This document shows positions 1 to 9,021 of a DNA stretch of 64,000 nt, piece after piece. Each line of letters starts with the position of its first letter. The stretch's first letter is position 1. Source of the DNA: Nitrosopumilus sp. (GTDB lineage Archaea; Thermoproteota; Nitrososphaeria; Nitrososphaerales; Nitrosopumilaceae); assembly GCA_965203315.1 (NCBI GenBank), contig OZ241857.1:1664001-1728000 (forward strand), in the 5' to 3' direction. The notes below the pieces were generated by a model. The model worked only from the letters and a program-made list of their open reading frames with translations. It was not told where the DNA came from and searched no databases. A program made the position numbers and the translations under genes.

Positions 1-29
1 TTTATTTGCACAACTTGCTATTATGTTAT

Positions 30-569
30 ATGGTCAAGAGATTTCATCTAGCTCTGGGAGCAATTCCTGTGATTATAGCTCTGTTGATATCGATTCCAAT
101 GTTGACCAAGACAGAGATTCCTATATCTGCTGCAAACTCTTTTGATCGTATAGATATAGAATACACAAAACATCAACTAAAAAAGATATCTTATGGCGTA
201 ACAGAGAGGACAGGTTCACAAAAGGCAGAGATTCTCTCGATCAAAGACAACGGTGATGTAAAATATACTCTGAGCGATCAAGGATACCTTCAACCCACCA
301 TACAGTCCAAACTCGATCCACAAAAGTTGAGCAAGATCAAGGCATTGATCAAAGAGACTGGATTTATGACTATTCCATCTCAGTCATTTGAGATCCTAGA
401 CAATGTCACAGAGTATCAAAAGTCAAACGTTCGTATCACACTAAATGGCATAACACATAGAGTACACTGGCCAGAACAGAATGCTACAGATGGCTTTATC
501 CCTCCAATTATTACAATGATTGAGAACGAGCTTGATGGTATCATAGATGAGACCAAAGACACTCCCTAG
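30..569 (+). CDS. Conserved hypothetical protein with N-terminal membrane anchor
   Basis: ORF 6..569; ATG at 30 is the more plausible start. Hydrophobic N-terminal stretch LALGAIPVIIALLISIPML. Confidence 0.7.
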   Translation: MVKRFHLALGAIPVIIALLISIPMLTKTEIPISAANSFDRIDIEYTKHQLKKISYGVTERTGSQKAEILSIKDNGDVKYTLSDQGYLQPTIQSKLDPQKLSKIKALIKETGFMTIPSQSFEILDNVTEYQKSNVRITLNGITHRVHWPEQNATDGFIPPIITMIENELDGIIDETKDTP

Positions 570-627
570 TATGTACAAGACAGTATTCACAAATAAACAC
601 AAATAACCTTTCACTTGTAATGTATCT

Positions 628-1575
628 ATGATTCCGCTCTTTGGTCAACGTGATGATGCTAGAGGCATTATATGCGACGGTACTCTACGTGGCACTAGTA
701 CACTAAAACGCGGGTTTGCACATATGTTGAAGAACGGTGTAGTTATGGATGTGACTACAGTTGAACAAGCACAGATTGCAGAGGATGCTGGAGCTGTATC
801 TGTTATGGTATTGGACAAACTACCCTCACAGGTCAGAGCAGCCGGTGGAGTTGCACGAACAGCTAGTATACAGATAATTCAAGATATCATGAGCGCTGTC
901 ACGATTCCAGTAATGGCCAAGTGTCGTATAGGGCATACCTCTGAGGCACTAGTTCTTCAAGAGACAGACGTAGACATGATAGACGAGTCTGAAGTATTGA
1001 CTCCTGCAGATGAACTACGACATATCTGGAAGTGGAACTTTACCACACCGTTTGTAAACGGCGCAAGATCTCTCGGCGAAGCTCTAAGACGCATAGAGGA
1101 GGGAGCAGCTATGATTCGCACCAAAGGTGAACCTGGTACTGGAAATGTCGCAGAAGCTATAACGCATATCAAAAAGGTAAATGATGGACTACGGAATATA
1201 CGTGCGATATACGAGTCAGGTGATGAACAAGAGATGATTCGTATGTCTAGAGAGTTTGGAGTCTCATTTGATACTCTACAACATACTGCTGCATTGGGTA
1301 GACTGCCAGTCGTAAACTTTGCTGCAGGTGGTATCGCAACACCAGCTGATGCTGCATATCTTATGTCACTTGGATGTGATGGAATATTTGTTGGCTCTGG
1401 AATCTTTGACACCGATGATGCTAAACAGAGAGCGAGAGCAATAGTACTTGCTACAACATTTTGGAGTGATCCAAAAGAGGTCATGTCCGCACAAAAGATG
1501 ATCGATGAACGACAGTCGATGGTAGGACTTGATATAAAGACATTAGAGATGCGTATGCAGGATCGTGGTGATTAG
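628..1575 (+). CDS. pdxS: Pyridoxal 5'-phosphate synthase lyase subunit
   Basis: [27 protein letters not shown] and [12 protein letters not shown] motifs; adjacent to pdxT. Confidence 0.97.
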   Translation: MIPLFGQRDDARGIICDGTLRGTSTLKRGFAHMLKNGVVMDVTTVEQAQIAEDAGAVSVMVLDKLPSQVRAAGGVARTASIQIIQDIMSAVTIPVMAKCRIGHTSEALVLQETDVDMIDESEVLTPADELRHIWKWNFTTPFVNGARSLGEALRRIEEGAAMIRTKGEPGTGNVAEAITHIKKVNDGLRNIRAIYESGDEQEMIRMSREFGVSFDTLQHTAALGRLPVVNFAAGGIATPADAAYLMSLGCDGIFVGSGIFDTDDAKQRARAIVLATTFWSDPKEVMSAQKMIDERQSMVGLDIKTLEMRMQDRGD

Positions 1576-1577
1576 AT

Positions 1578-2183
1578 ATGATACGAATAGGTGTACTGGG
1601 TATTCAAGGAGACGTCCATGAAAATATACTTGCAGTGAAAGCATCAGCTACAAAACTTGGTATAGAGTGTACAGTACATACAGTAAATACCAGTGCAGAT
1701 CTAGCCCAAGTGGATGGTCTTGTAATTCCTGGTGGTGAGAGTACTACTATTGGCAAGATGTCTATAGACAACGGACTATACCAAGATATCAAACAGCGAA
1801 TAAATGGTGATCTACCGGTACTGGGGATATGTGCTGGTATGGTGTTGTTGTCCAAATCAGTAAGTGATCACACAGTTGGCATAACAGATCAACCCCTTCT
1901 TGATATACTTGATGTCCAACTCGAACGCAACTCTTTTGGTAGACAACGAGACTCTTTTGAAGCTACAATATCACTTGACGAGATCAACATTCCTCAGTTT
2001 AACGGTATCTTTATACGCGCACCATCGATCTCTGGTGTAGGCTCTGATGTTACCGTACTATCAAAACTCGACGACAAGATAGTCGCAGTCAAAAGAGGCA
2101 AGATCATCGGGACTGCATTTCATCCCGAATTGACTAGAGACACATCAATACATGAATATTTTTTAAAACTCGTCGCCGGCTAA
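1578..2183 (+). CDS. pdxT: Pyridoxal 5'-phosphate synthase glutaminase subunit
   Basis: GVLGIQG, IPGGESTT, GICAG and FHPEL motifs. Confidence 0.97.
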   Translation: MIRIGVLGIQGDVHENILAVKASATKLGIECTVHTVNTSADLAQVDGLVIPGGESTTIGKMSIDNGLYQDIKQRINGDLPVLGICAGMVLLSKSVSDHTVGITDQPLLDILDVQLERNSFGRQRDSFEATISLDEINIPQFNGIFIRAPSISGVGSDVTVLSKLDDKIVAVKRGKIIGTAFHPELTRDTSIHEYFLKLVAG

Positions 2184-2202
2184 ATGTCCGCACCGTTTGA
2201 TT

Positions 2203-4545
2203 CTATGTGTTGTCATCTGTGTACACTATGTTGTGCATTGCGATCAGATCTGATCTAAATGGAGCTAGAGTTGCTGGGATATCGATCTCTATCTGATCCT
2301 TTAACGACAAACCCTGTGATCTCTTGTTGTTCCATACTGTTGAGTTGAACTCTGTTATCTGATTCGTTGTGTGTTCATCATACTTTGTACCTTTAGAGTC
2401 TGGTAGTGTCTGTACATGAATACTCTTATCTGAGTATAGCTTGTGCCAAAGATACTCTGTGATGAATGGAGTTATTGGCGCCAAGAGCTTTAAGATTGTT
2501 GCAAGAACTGTATGTAGTGTAAATATTGCAGCATCTCTGGACTCGTCATCAAAGCCAGTACCGTATGCACGTTTCTTTACCATCTCGATATAGTGTGCCG
2601 CAAACACATTCCAAGTAAACTCTCGTATCGCAATAGTTGGAACAAAAAAGTTGTATACGTCGTATCCTTTTCTGCACTCTATTACTAGCTTGTCGAGTTC
2701 TGACAGGATCCATCTATCTGTATCTTTGAGATTTGTACTAGATGCTGGTTCTAAACTAGAGATAAACCTTGCAATGTTCCACAGCTTGCTGAGAAACTTT
2801 TTGGTAGACTCTATCTTTTGTTCATTACACCTAAAGTCATAACCGTGATTGATCTCACTCGCGCTCCAGAACCTAAAGGTATCTGCTCCCATCTTTTGGA
2901 TTATCGGATATGGATCTATGGCATTTCCTTTACTCTTACTCATCTTTGTTCCCCGTTCATCTAGTCCATAACCCATAACCCATGCCTCTGACCACGGCTT
3001 TGTACCTGTGAGCTCTTTACATCGCAACAATGTATAGTACATCCATGTGCGCACGATATCTTTTGCTTGCGGTCTGATCGCAGACGGATATGTCTTTGTA
3101 AAAAAGTCATCATCTGTATGATATTTTGATATATACAATGGTGACACACTAGAGTCCATCCATGTATCAAACGTACGTTCTTCGCCCACAAAATCTGTAC
3201 AGGAACACTTTGTGCATTCTTTGATGGGACAGTCTTCCATCCATGGTCTATAGTATCGTCCGGACTCTGGAACATGTGGTGTATTACATCTCTGGCAGTA
3301 CCATACTGGTATCTCTGTACCATAGTATCTTCGTCTCGATATTGGCCAGTCTATGCTTATCGAGTCGAGCCAATTCATCATTATCTGTTTGTGCATACGA
3401 GGATGAAATGTTATTGTATCTACAATATCTCTCAACTCGTCAATTTGCTCTAACTGTCTCATATAGTACTCTTCCATTGGAATTATCTCTATCGGAGTCT
3501 TGCTACGCTCCGAGGTTGGAGTTCTATGTACGATGTCTGTGATATCTTGTACTAGACCTGCTGACGTCAGATCCTCGATTATCTTTGCTCTTGCTTGCTT
3601 TGGTCGCATTCCTGCGTATGTACCTGCAGCTGCAGTCATCTTTCCGTCGAGACCTATGGCTACTACTTCTTCTAGACGCAGCTCTCTAAACAACGCTACA
3701 TCGTGCTGATCACCATAGCTGCAAACCATCACTGCTCCTGAACCAAAGTTCATATCTGCTGAGTGATGAGTCTGTATCTTTACCGTCTGACCGGTTATAG
3801 GAACTAGTACATCTTTACCAACCAGATCTGTGTATCTTGCATCGTCTTTGTTTACCACTATAACTTTACAGGCACACAAGAGTTCTGGTCTTGTACTGGC
3901 GATTGTTATTGTACTGTTTGTATCTTTTATCGCAAATCTCATGTATACGAGTTTTGTAGCAATATCTTCGTAGACGATCTCTGCGTCTGCTATCGTTGTT
4001 CCTGATGCCCAATCATAGTTGTTTGGTCTGTTTGCAAGATATATCTGACCTCTATTCCACATCTCGATGAATGTACTCTGAGTTAATGTTCTATACTCTG
4101 TAGAGTCTGTTCTGTAATAGTTGTCAAAGTCGCCACTGATACCCAAACTCTTCATAATGTTTAACATCTCTGCCTCTAGATCATCTAATGCCACTCGACA
4201 TAGATCTAAAAACTCTGATCTATCGGTCTCTCGCATTCGTATCTTGTGCTTCTTTTCTGTATACAGTTCTACCGGCAGACCGTTTCGATCTATTCCTATA
4301 GGGAAGTAGACGTTCTTGCCTGACATTCTAGCTGTCCTTGCAATCATGTCTATCTGTGCATAATGTGCAGCTGCGCCAATATGCCATGGCCTTCCTGATG
4401 GATATGGTGGTGGTGTATCTATGGTATAGTTTGCAGCACTAGAGTCATTTGGTACAAACTTGTATATTCCAGATTTGTGCCATTCTTTTAGAATATCTCG
4501 TTCTAGCTCTGGATTCCATGTTTTTTGTGTTATCTTTGGTTCCAT
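2203..4545 (-). CDS. valS: Valine--tRNA ligase
   Basis: DTPPPYPSG..WHIG (HIGH-like), DWPISRRRYYG, DTWMDSS and KMSKS motifs. Confidence 0.93.
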   Translation of the reverse strand: MEPKITQKTWNPELERDILKEWHKSGIYKFVPNDSSAANYTIDTPPPYPSGRPWHIGAAAHYAQIDMIARTARMSGKNVYFPIGIDRNGLPVELYTEKKHKIRMRETDRSEFLDLCRVALDDLEAEMLNIMKSLGISGDFDNYYRTDSTEYRTLTQSTFIEMWNRGQIYLANRPNNYDWASGTTIADAEIVYEDIATKLVYMRFAIKDTNSTITIASTRPELLCACKVIVVNKDDARYTDLVGKDVLVPITGQTVKIQTHHSADMNFGSGAVMVCSYGDQHDVALFRELRLEEVVAIGLDGKMTAAAGTYAGMRPKQARAKIIEDLTSAGLVQDITDIVHRTPTSERSKTPIEIIPMEEYYMRQLEQIDELRDIVDTITFHPRMHKQIMMNWLDSISIDWPISRRRYYGTEIPVWYCQRCNTPHVPESGRYYRPWMEDCPIKECTKCSCTDFVGEERTFDTWMDSSVSPLYISKYHTDDDFFTKTYPSAIRPQAKDIVRTWMYYTLLRCKELTGTKPWSEAWVMGYGLDERGTKMSKSKGNAIDPYPIIQKMGADTFRFWSASEINHGYDFRCNEQKIESTKKFLSKLWNIARFISSLEPASSTNLKDTDRWILSELDKLVIECRKGYDVYNFFVPTIAIREFTWNVFAAHYIEMVKKRAYGTGFDDESRDAAIFTLHTVLATILKLLAPITPFITEYLWHKLYSDKSIHVQTLPDSKGTKYDEHTTNQITEFNSTVWNNKRSQGLSLKDQIEIDIPATLAPFRSDLIAMHNIVYTDDNT

Positions 4546-4546
4546 T

Positions 4547-5341
4547 TTATCTTATGTTTGATATAATGTGCGCTCCTTTATTATGTCCCTCATAGATATA
4601 AACACCTACTGCCTCGATATTCTCTGGTAACTTTGTAGCTAGCAACTTTATTATCTCACTTGCAAGATTCTCGATGGTCGCTTCACCTTTTAGTAGATAC
4701 GTTGTCGATTTGGGTACTCGTAGATCAAATGTGCCTCTTGGCCCATCAAACTGTACTGTATAGTGCGAGTCATCTTGATCTGTTGTGTATGTTGTGTTGA
4801 TAAAGAATTTATGATCAAATACATCAATCACTTGTTTGATTATCTGTTTTGCGACACCAAAGTCCAAGAGCAAGTTGTTCTTCATCTGCCCTACTAGTTC
4901 TATCATCACTGATGACGTATGTCCATGTAGTATGGAGCATTTTGTTACTAGTGGTAGTATATGTGCATAATCAAAAGTAAATGATGGATCTTCGAGGAAT
5001 ATTGATCCGGTCTGTGGTGTCTTGTCATAGTATACGAGTTCACCCAACTCTCTTATCTTTGCGGCAAACTTTGGATGTCCTATCGCAATAATCTTTTGCT
5101 CTTCTTTTATCTTTTCATATCGTTTAACATCAGACTCGCCATCTATCACCTCAATCATTCCAGAGTCTGTCTTAAAGTCCACCTGTATCTCTGTGCCATC
5201 TTGTAGTTTTGTAGTTTGGTTATATTGGTACGGCACACCTAGAAAATCTAACATCTGTGCAATAGTCAACTCTGTCCTTGATCGTAGGAGATTTTTATGA
5301 CTATCGATATACTTTAGATCAGAGTCTTGTATAGTCGACAT
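4547..5341 (-). CDS. 6-pyruvoyl-tetrahydropterin synthase/QueD-family protein with extra N-terminal domain
   Basis: C-terminal half has FDYAH..C..LHGH..DFG..DHK..T.ENLA (PTPS/QueD T-fold); the N-terminal ~110 aa are unrelated to that fold. Confidence 0.8.
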   Translation of the reverse strand: MSTIQDSDLKYIDSHKNLLRSRTELTIAQMLDFLGVPYQYNQTTKLQDGTEIQVDFKTDSGMIEVIDGESDVKRYEKIKEEQKIIAIGHPKFAAKIRELGELVYYDKTPQTGSIFLEDPSFTFDYAHILPLVTKCSILHGHTSSVMIELVGQMKNNLLLDFGVAKQIIKQVIDVFDHKFFINTTYTTDQDDSHYTVQFDGPRGTFDLRVPKSTTYLLKGEATIENLASEIIKLLATKLPENIEAVGVYIYEGHNKGAHIISNIR

Positions 5342-5379
5342 TAGAGTATGTTGTATGTCTGGCTATAAATTCTATAAAG

Positions 5380-5658
5380 TTAGGAGAACGAGTCTAGTAT
5401 TCTTGCTAGTTTTATGTCATTCTCTGTTATACCACCTGCATCATGCGTAGTCAGATCAATTACTAGTCTGTTGTATACGTTGAACCACTCTGGATGATGA
5501 TTCATCTTTTCTATCTCCATCGCAGCTCTTGTCATAAACCCAAAGGCTTGATTAAAACTGGAAAACTCGAACTCTTTGTGTAGTTTAGAGTTTACTAGTT
5601 GCCACCCATCCATCTCTTTTAGTGCATCTCTTATCTCATCGTCTGATAACTTGTTCAT
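5380..5658 (-). CDS. Pterin-4-alpha-carbinolamine dehydratase
   Basis: HHPEW.NVYN and [12 protein letters not shown] motifs. Confidence 0.95.
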   Translation of the reverse strand: MNKLSDDEIRDALKEMDGWQLVNSKLHKEFEFSSFNQAFGFMTRAAMEIEKMNHHPEWFNVYNRLVIDLTTHDAGGITENDIKLARILDSFS

Positions 5659-6115
5659 CGTGTACAGTAATGCCGTGTTATTTTTAAACTATACAGTCAA
5701 GACTTGTTCAATTTGACCAGATCTGTCTGATGCATTGAGGATATGTTACAAATCTCTGATTGCGTAGGTTGTCAACTTTATTACGTGTGGTTCTGACATA
5801 TCCGTTCATAAAGTATTATGATGAGGGAATAAACCGCTAGCATAAAGCCGCGAGGTGACCACGTGAATCACGAGACTGGCACTGCCAGACAATAATGCAA
5901 TACTGGATGGATCATCCTTTATCTAGATCTTTAAAAACCGATTAAACCACATCTGATTCTATAGTCACGAACGGAATTGTTTTCCTGTTTACTCCCGCAT
6001 ATGTGGTGTAAGACGGAATTTACCTCTGGCAGAACAACTAACGCCAAATTGTAATACCACATACTAGGAAAATAATTATGTTCGCGACTATATAATGAGT
6101 TGTAAAACTCTGGGA

Positions 6116-6793
6116 TTATCTGATATACCTAAAGTTTAGATAATATCCACCTTGATGATTATGCTCAGACTTGCATTTCTGGCATATTGTCACAATATGC
6201 GCGATATACTCGTTTGAATCTTTGGTGAAATAGATGTACCAAAACTGTTTCTTGTATTGTATGTGATTTCCACACTCTGTACATTTTGCAGATCGACGTG
6301 AATCTTTGTCAAACTCAAACTTGTATGATCTTTCTATAGATTCAACTCCGAGCCATGGAGTTTCTAATTCCGATTTACATTTTGGACAATTCGCAATACG
6401 TAAAAATTCATATAATCCAAATATTTTGTGTGGAAGCTCAGATTCTGGATCAAACTTTTTTCCAGTCTTTACTCGAAGAAATTGATAGCTTAAAAATTCT
6501 TTATATGCATCACTCTGTACGTCAGAATGCGTTTTTATGTATTCTAGCAGATTCTCTATCATTACATGTGCACCTTTTGGTATGCTTTCTCTAAACTCTT
6601 CAAGTTTCATTTCAACATGGAACAAATGATCCGCTAGATCTGAAGAGCATGTATATGCTGACATTAGATGTTTTTCATTATCCTCATCTGTGTTAAAATA
6701 TATGCTCTTCTTCTGCTTCCATCGGAGTCTGCGATGATCTAGTTTTGCATCGCACTCGTGACAGATTAGATCAAACTCTTCGTCTCTCTTCAA
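6116..6793 (-). CDS. Cys-rich hypothetical protein (4 CxxC pairs), paralog 1 of 3
   Basis: Shares FDLICHEC, YEFL..A.CPKC.SELETPW, CxxC..I....QFWYIYFTKD and TICQKC with 6863..7531 and 8289..8966. Confidence 0.85.
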   Translation of the reverse strand: MKRDEEFDLICHECDAKLDHRRLRWKQKKSIYFNTDEDNEKHLMSAYTCSSDLADHLFHVEMKLEEFRESIPKGAHVMIENLLEYIKTHSDVQSDAYKEFLSYQFLRVKTGKKFDPESELPHKIFGLYEFLRIANCPKCKSELETPWLGVESIERSYKFEFDKDSRRSAKCTECGNHIQYKKQFWYIYFTKDSNEYIAHIVTICQKCKSEHNHQGGYYLNFRYIR

Positions 6794-6862
6794 TACTATG
6801 TGCTCTTGATCAATTTTTTATAAGTTTTTCATCATTCGGTGCTGTAATGTGGCATTGAGTTA

Positions 6863-7531
6863 TCATGCTATGTATCTAAAGTTTAGATTATATCCGCCTT
6901 CATGATGATGTTCATTATGACATCTCTTGCATATAGTTACAACATGTGATTCAAAATAGTCTTCGTCTTTAGTAAAATAGATGTACCAAAATTGCTCTCT
7001 ATATTTTATATAATTGTGACATTCAGAGCATTTTGAGATTCTTGGTTTCGGTACACCAAAAGAGTGTACTACCTCTTGTGATTCAGGACCTCTCCATGGC
7101 GTCTCTAACTCACTCTTGCATTTTGGACATTTTGATACATATAGAAATTCATAACTACCAAATATTTTGTTAGGTTGTTCTGACTCTCGATCAAAGTCCT
7201 TTCCAGTAGTTATGCGAAGAAAATCATTGCCTAGAAATTTCTCATAAACTTCGCTCTTTACATCCGAGTGTGTTGCCATGTACTTGAACATGTCGTCAGC
7301 CGTTATCTTTAAGCCGTTCCTTATATCGTCTATCAGTCTTGAAAACTGTAATTCACGTTCAAATAAACGATCTGTTATCTTCCTATCACATGTGGGGTTA
7401 GACACTGCGTATTTGTTATTATCATCTATCACCCCTCCAAATTCTGTGTATTTTTTCTGCCGCCATCTTAATTTTGTATGATCTAGTTTTGTGTTACACT
7501 CGTGACATATTATGTCGAATCTTTCACTCAC
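6863..7531 (-). CDS. Cys-rich hypothetical protein (4 CxxC pairs), paralog 2 of 3
   Basis: Same motif set: FDIICHEC, CPKCKSELETPW, CSEC, FWYIYFTKD, TICKRC, GGYNLNFRYI. Confidence 0.85.
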   Translation of the reverse strand: MSERFDIICHECNTKLDHTKLRWRQKKYTEFGGVIDDNNKYAVSNPTCDRKITDRLFERELQFSRLIDDIRNGLKITADDMFKYMATHSDVKSEVYEKFLGNDFLRITTGKDFDRESEQPNKIFGSYEFLYVSKCPKCKSELETPWRGPESQEVVHSFGVPKPRISKCSECHNYIKYREQFWYIYFTKDEDYFESHVVTICKRCHNEHHHEGGYNLNFRYIA

Positions 7532-7575
7532 ATCTTTTATGACTTGATGGTAGTTATAATAATGATTCTCTTGGC

Positions 7576-7693
7576 TGTTCTTTTCGGTTTGTGTGAGATA
7601 GAATGGTTATAGAAAAAGCACTGCAAGATTCTATAGGGGAAAATTATAGAAAAAGTCTTACGAAATATCATCTCACATAAATCGAAAAGATCC
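7576..7693 (+). mobile_element. MITE copy (degenerate left TIR)
   Basis: Aligns along its length with 36737..36851. Right end CGAAAAGATCC intact, left end TGTTCTTTTCGG; no TSD visible. Confidence 0.85.
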
Positions 7694-7759
7694 TTAGTGA
7701 TAGCAGTATAGATGTACTAGTATATATCAAGACGTCTTAGCGTGAATCAGACCATCTGA

Positions 7760-7843
7760 TAGGCGCGGTGGGATTTGAACCCACGATGGCCTTTGCTATT
7801 CATTGACGATGAATTCTGCTGGGCCAAGCTCTAGCACACGTCT
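7760..7843 (-). tRNA. Non-canonical tRNA-Leu-like RNA with GTC at the anticodon position (or pseudo-tRNA)
   Basis: 84 nt. Acceptor AGACGTG/CGCGCCT (one mismatch) plus A73; D-loop AG..GG; stem ATTCA/TGAAT with loop TCGTCAA; 13-nt variable arm AGCAAAGGCCATC; T-arm GTGGG-TTCAAAT-CCCAC. Confidence 0.7.
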
Positions 7844-8288
7844 AAACTTAAAATATAACATTATACTAATAACAATATTGACGATGAGTTGAGCCTTTGC
7901 TAACTCGTAGAGTTGGTTTCACATAGGAGCCATCTCTCATTTTTGATTGAAGAACTATACCATAAAAGAACGGAGTGCTTGTAATTCGAGTTGAATATTG
8001 ATGATTGTTATCTATGTGGAAATAAACTTGCGAGTAATCAAAAATTAATATGATTGTATGTATTAGTGCCTATTGGCTATAAGTTGCTCTAAAGCAATTT
8101 AGTAGAAGGTGTTCTGGACCCTTCTACGCTCTTTATTCTGCATGTGATGTACCAAAAAGATCGTCCATAGATCATAACCATTAACTTTGATCTCTCCCCG
8201 CACACACTATTTTTAGCGGTATATTTTTAAAATTTTTTAGAATGAACCATAATAAATATTCGTTGTATCTGTCGGTGTGTACTTGCAA

Positions 8289-8966
8289 CTATTCTATATA
8301 TCTGAGGCCCAAGTTGTAGTTACCTTTGTACTGGGTCTCTGATTGACATTTTTGGCATATTGTTGTAATGTTTGGTTTATACTCGTGAAATTCGTCTCTT
8401 GTAAAGTAAATATACCAAAACTGACTCGTGATTACTATTCTGCTATTACATGCTCTACATTTTATGAAAGAATCAGACTTTCTGTTTTTGCTGGACAGCT
8501 TTGATGCATTGATAGAGTCGGTACCGCGCCACGGAGTCTCTAGCCTTGTTTCACACTTTGGACAGTCTGCCATATGCAAAAACTCATAGTTTCCAAACAC
8601 AATATATGGGAGATCTGCTTCTGGATCACTCTTTCTTCTACTTGCTGGAGTGAGCGACTCTGCATTAGAAAATGATCTATATGCATTAGCACGTATGTCC
8701 TCATTTTGCATAATGTATAACAACATATCATAATCTGATGGTCTCTTGCCCTCTCTCATCTCTTTTTTGATCTTTTCTATCTCGACTTCTGTCTCCAATA
8801 AATGCTCTGTGACTTGTGGAGGTTCTGTAGATATTGAAAGTGCATGTCTCTTGTTATCTTCATTAGTGTCAAATTCTACACTCTTTATCTGTCTCCATTT
8901 GAGTTTACTGTGGTGTAGTTTTGATCCACATCCGTGACAGATTAGATCAAATTTCTCTACTCCCAT
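8289..8966 (-). CDS. Cys-rich hypothetical protein (4 CxxC pairs), paralog 3 of 3
   Basis: FDLICHGC, CPKCETRLETPW, CRAC, FWYIYFTRD, TICQKC; starts 55 bp after the helicase stop. Confidence 0.85.
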   Translation of the reverse strand: MGVEKFDLICHGCGSKLHHSKLKWRQIKSVEFDTNEDNKRHALSISTEPPQVTEHLLETEVEIEKIKKEMREGKRPSDYDMLLYIMQNEDIRANAYRSFSNAESLTPASRRKSDPEADLPYIVFGNYEFLHMADCPKCETRLETPWRGTDSINASKLSSKNRKSDSFIKCRACNSRIVITSQFWYIYFTRDEFHEYKPNITTICQKCQSETQYKGNYNLGLRYIE

Positions 8967-9021
8967 TATGATTGTGTTGAGTATAGTTTCTTTATATTTT
9001 GTTATGTGTTCAATTGACGCT

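Noticed and set aside
5815-5960. Cobalamin/TPP riboswitch, C/D sRNA, SRP or RNase P RNA
   Set aside because: Only fragmentary motifs (GGGAA, ATGATGA); no properly spaced D box or conserved cores.
7760-7843. tRNA-like RNA as a TCA (Sec/opal suppressor) tRNA explaining the TGA in the PIN gene
   Set aside because: TCA occurs in the arm but is not centred in the loop closed by ATTCA/TGAAT; the 7/5 acceptor/T geometry is not tRNA-Sec-like.
7760-8205. Intron-containing/split tRNA or tmRNA-like pairing of GTGTGCG (~8200) with the 3' acceptor strand
   Set aside because: A local 5' strand with proper U8 and D-loop features exists at 7843; no bulge-helix-bulge motif or tag ORF seen.
6116-8966. Paralog array as a diversity-generating retroelement or invertible cassette system
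   Set aside because: No reverse transcriptase or recombinase nearby, divergence is not adenine-specific, and all copies are full-length and co-oriented.
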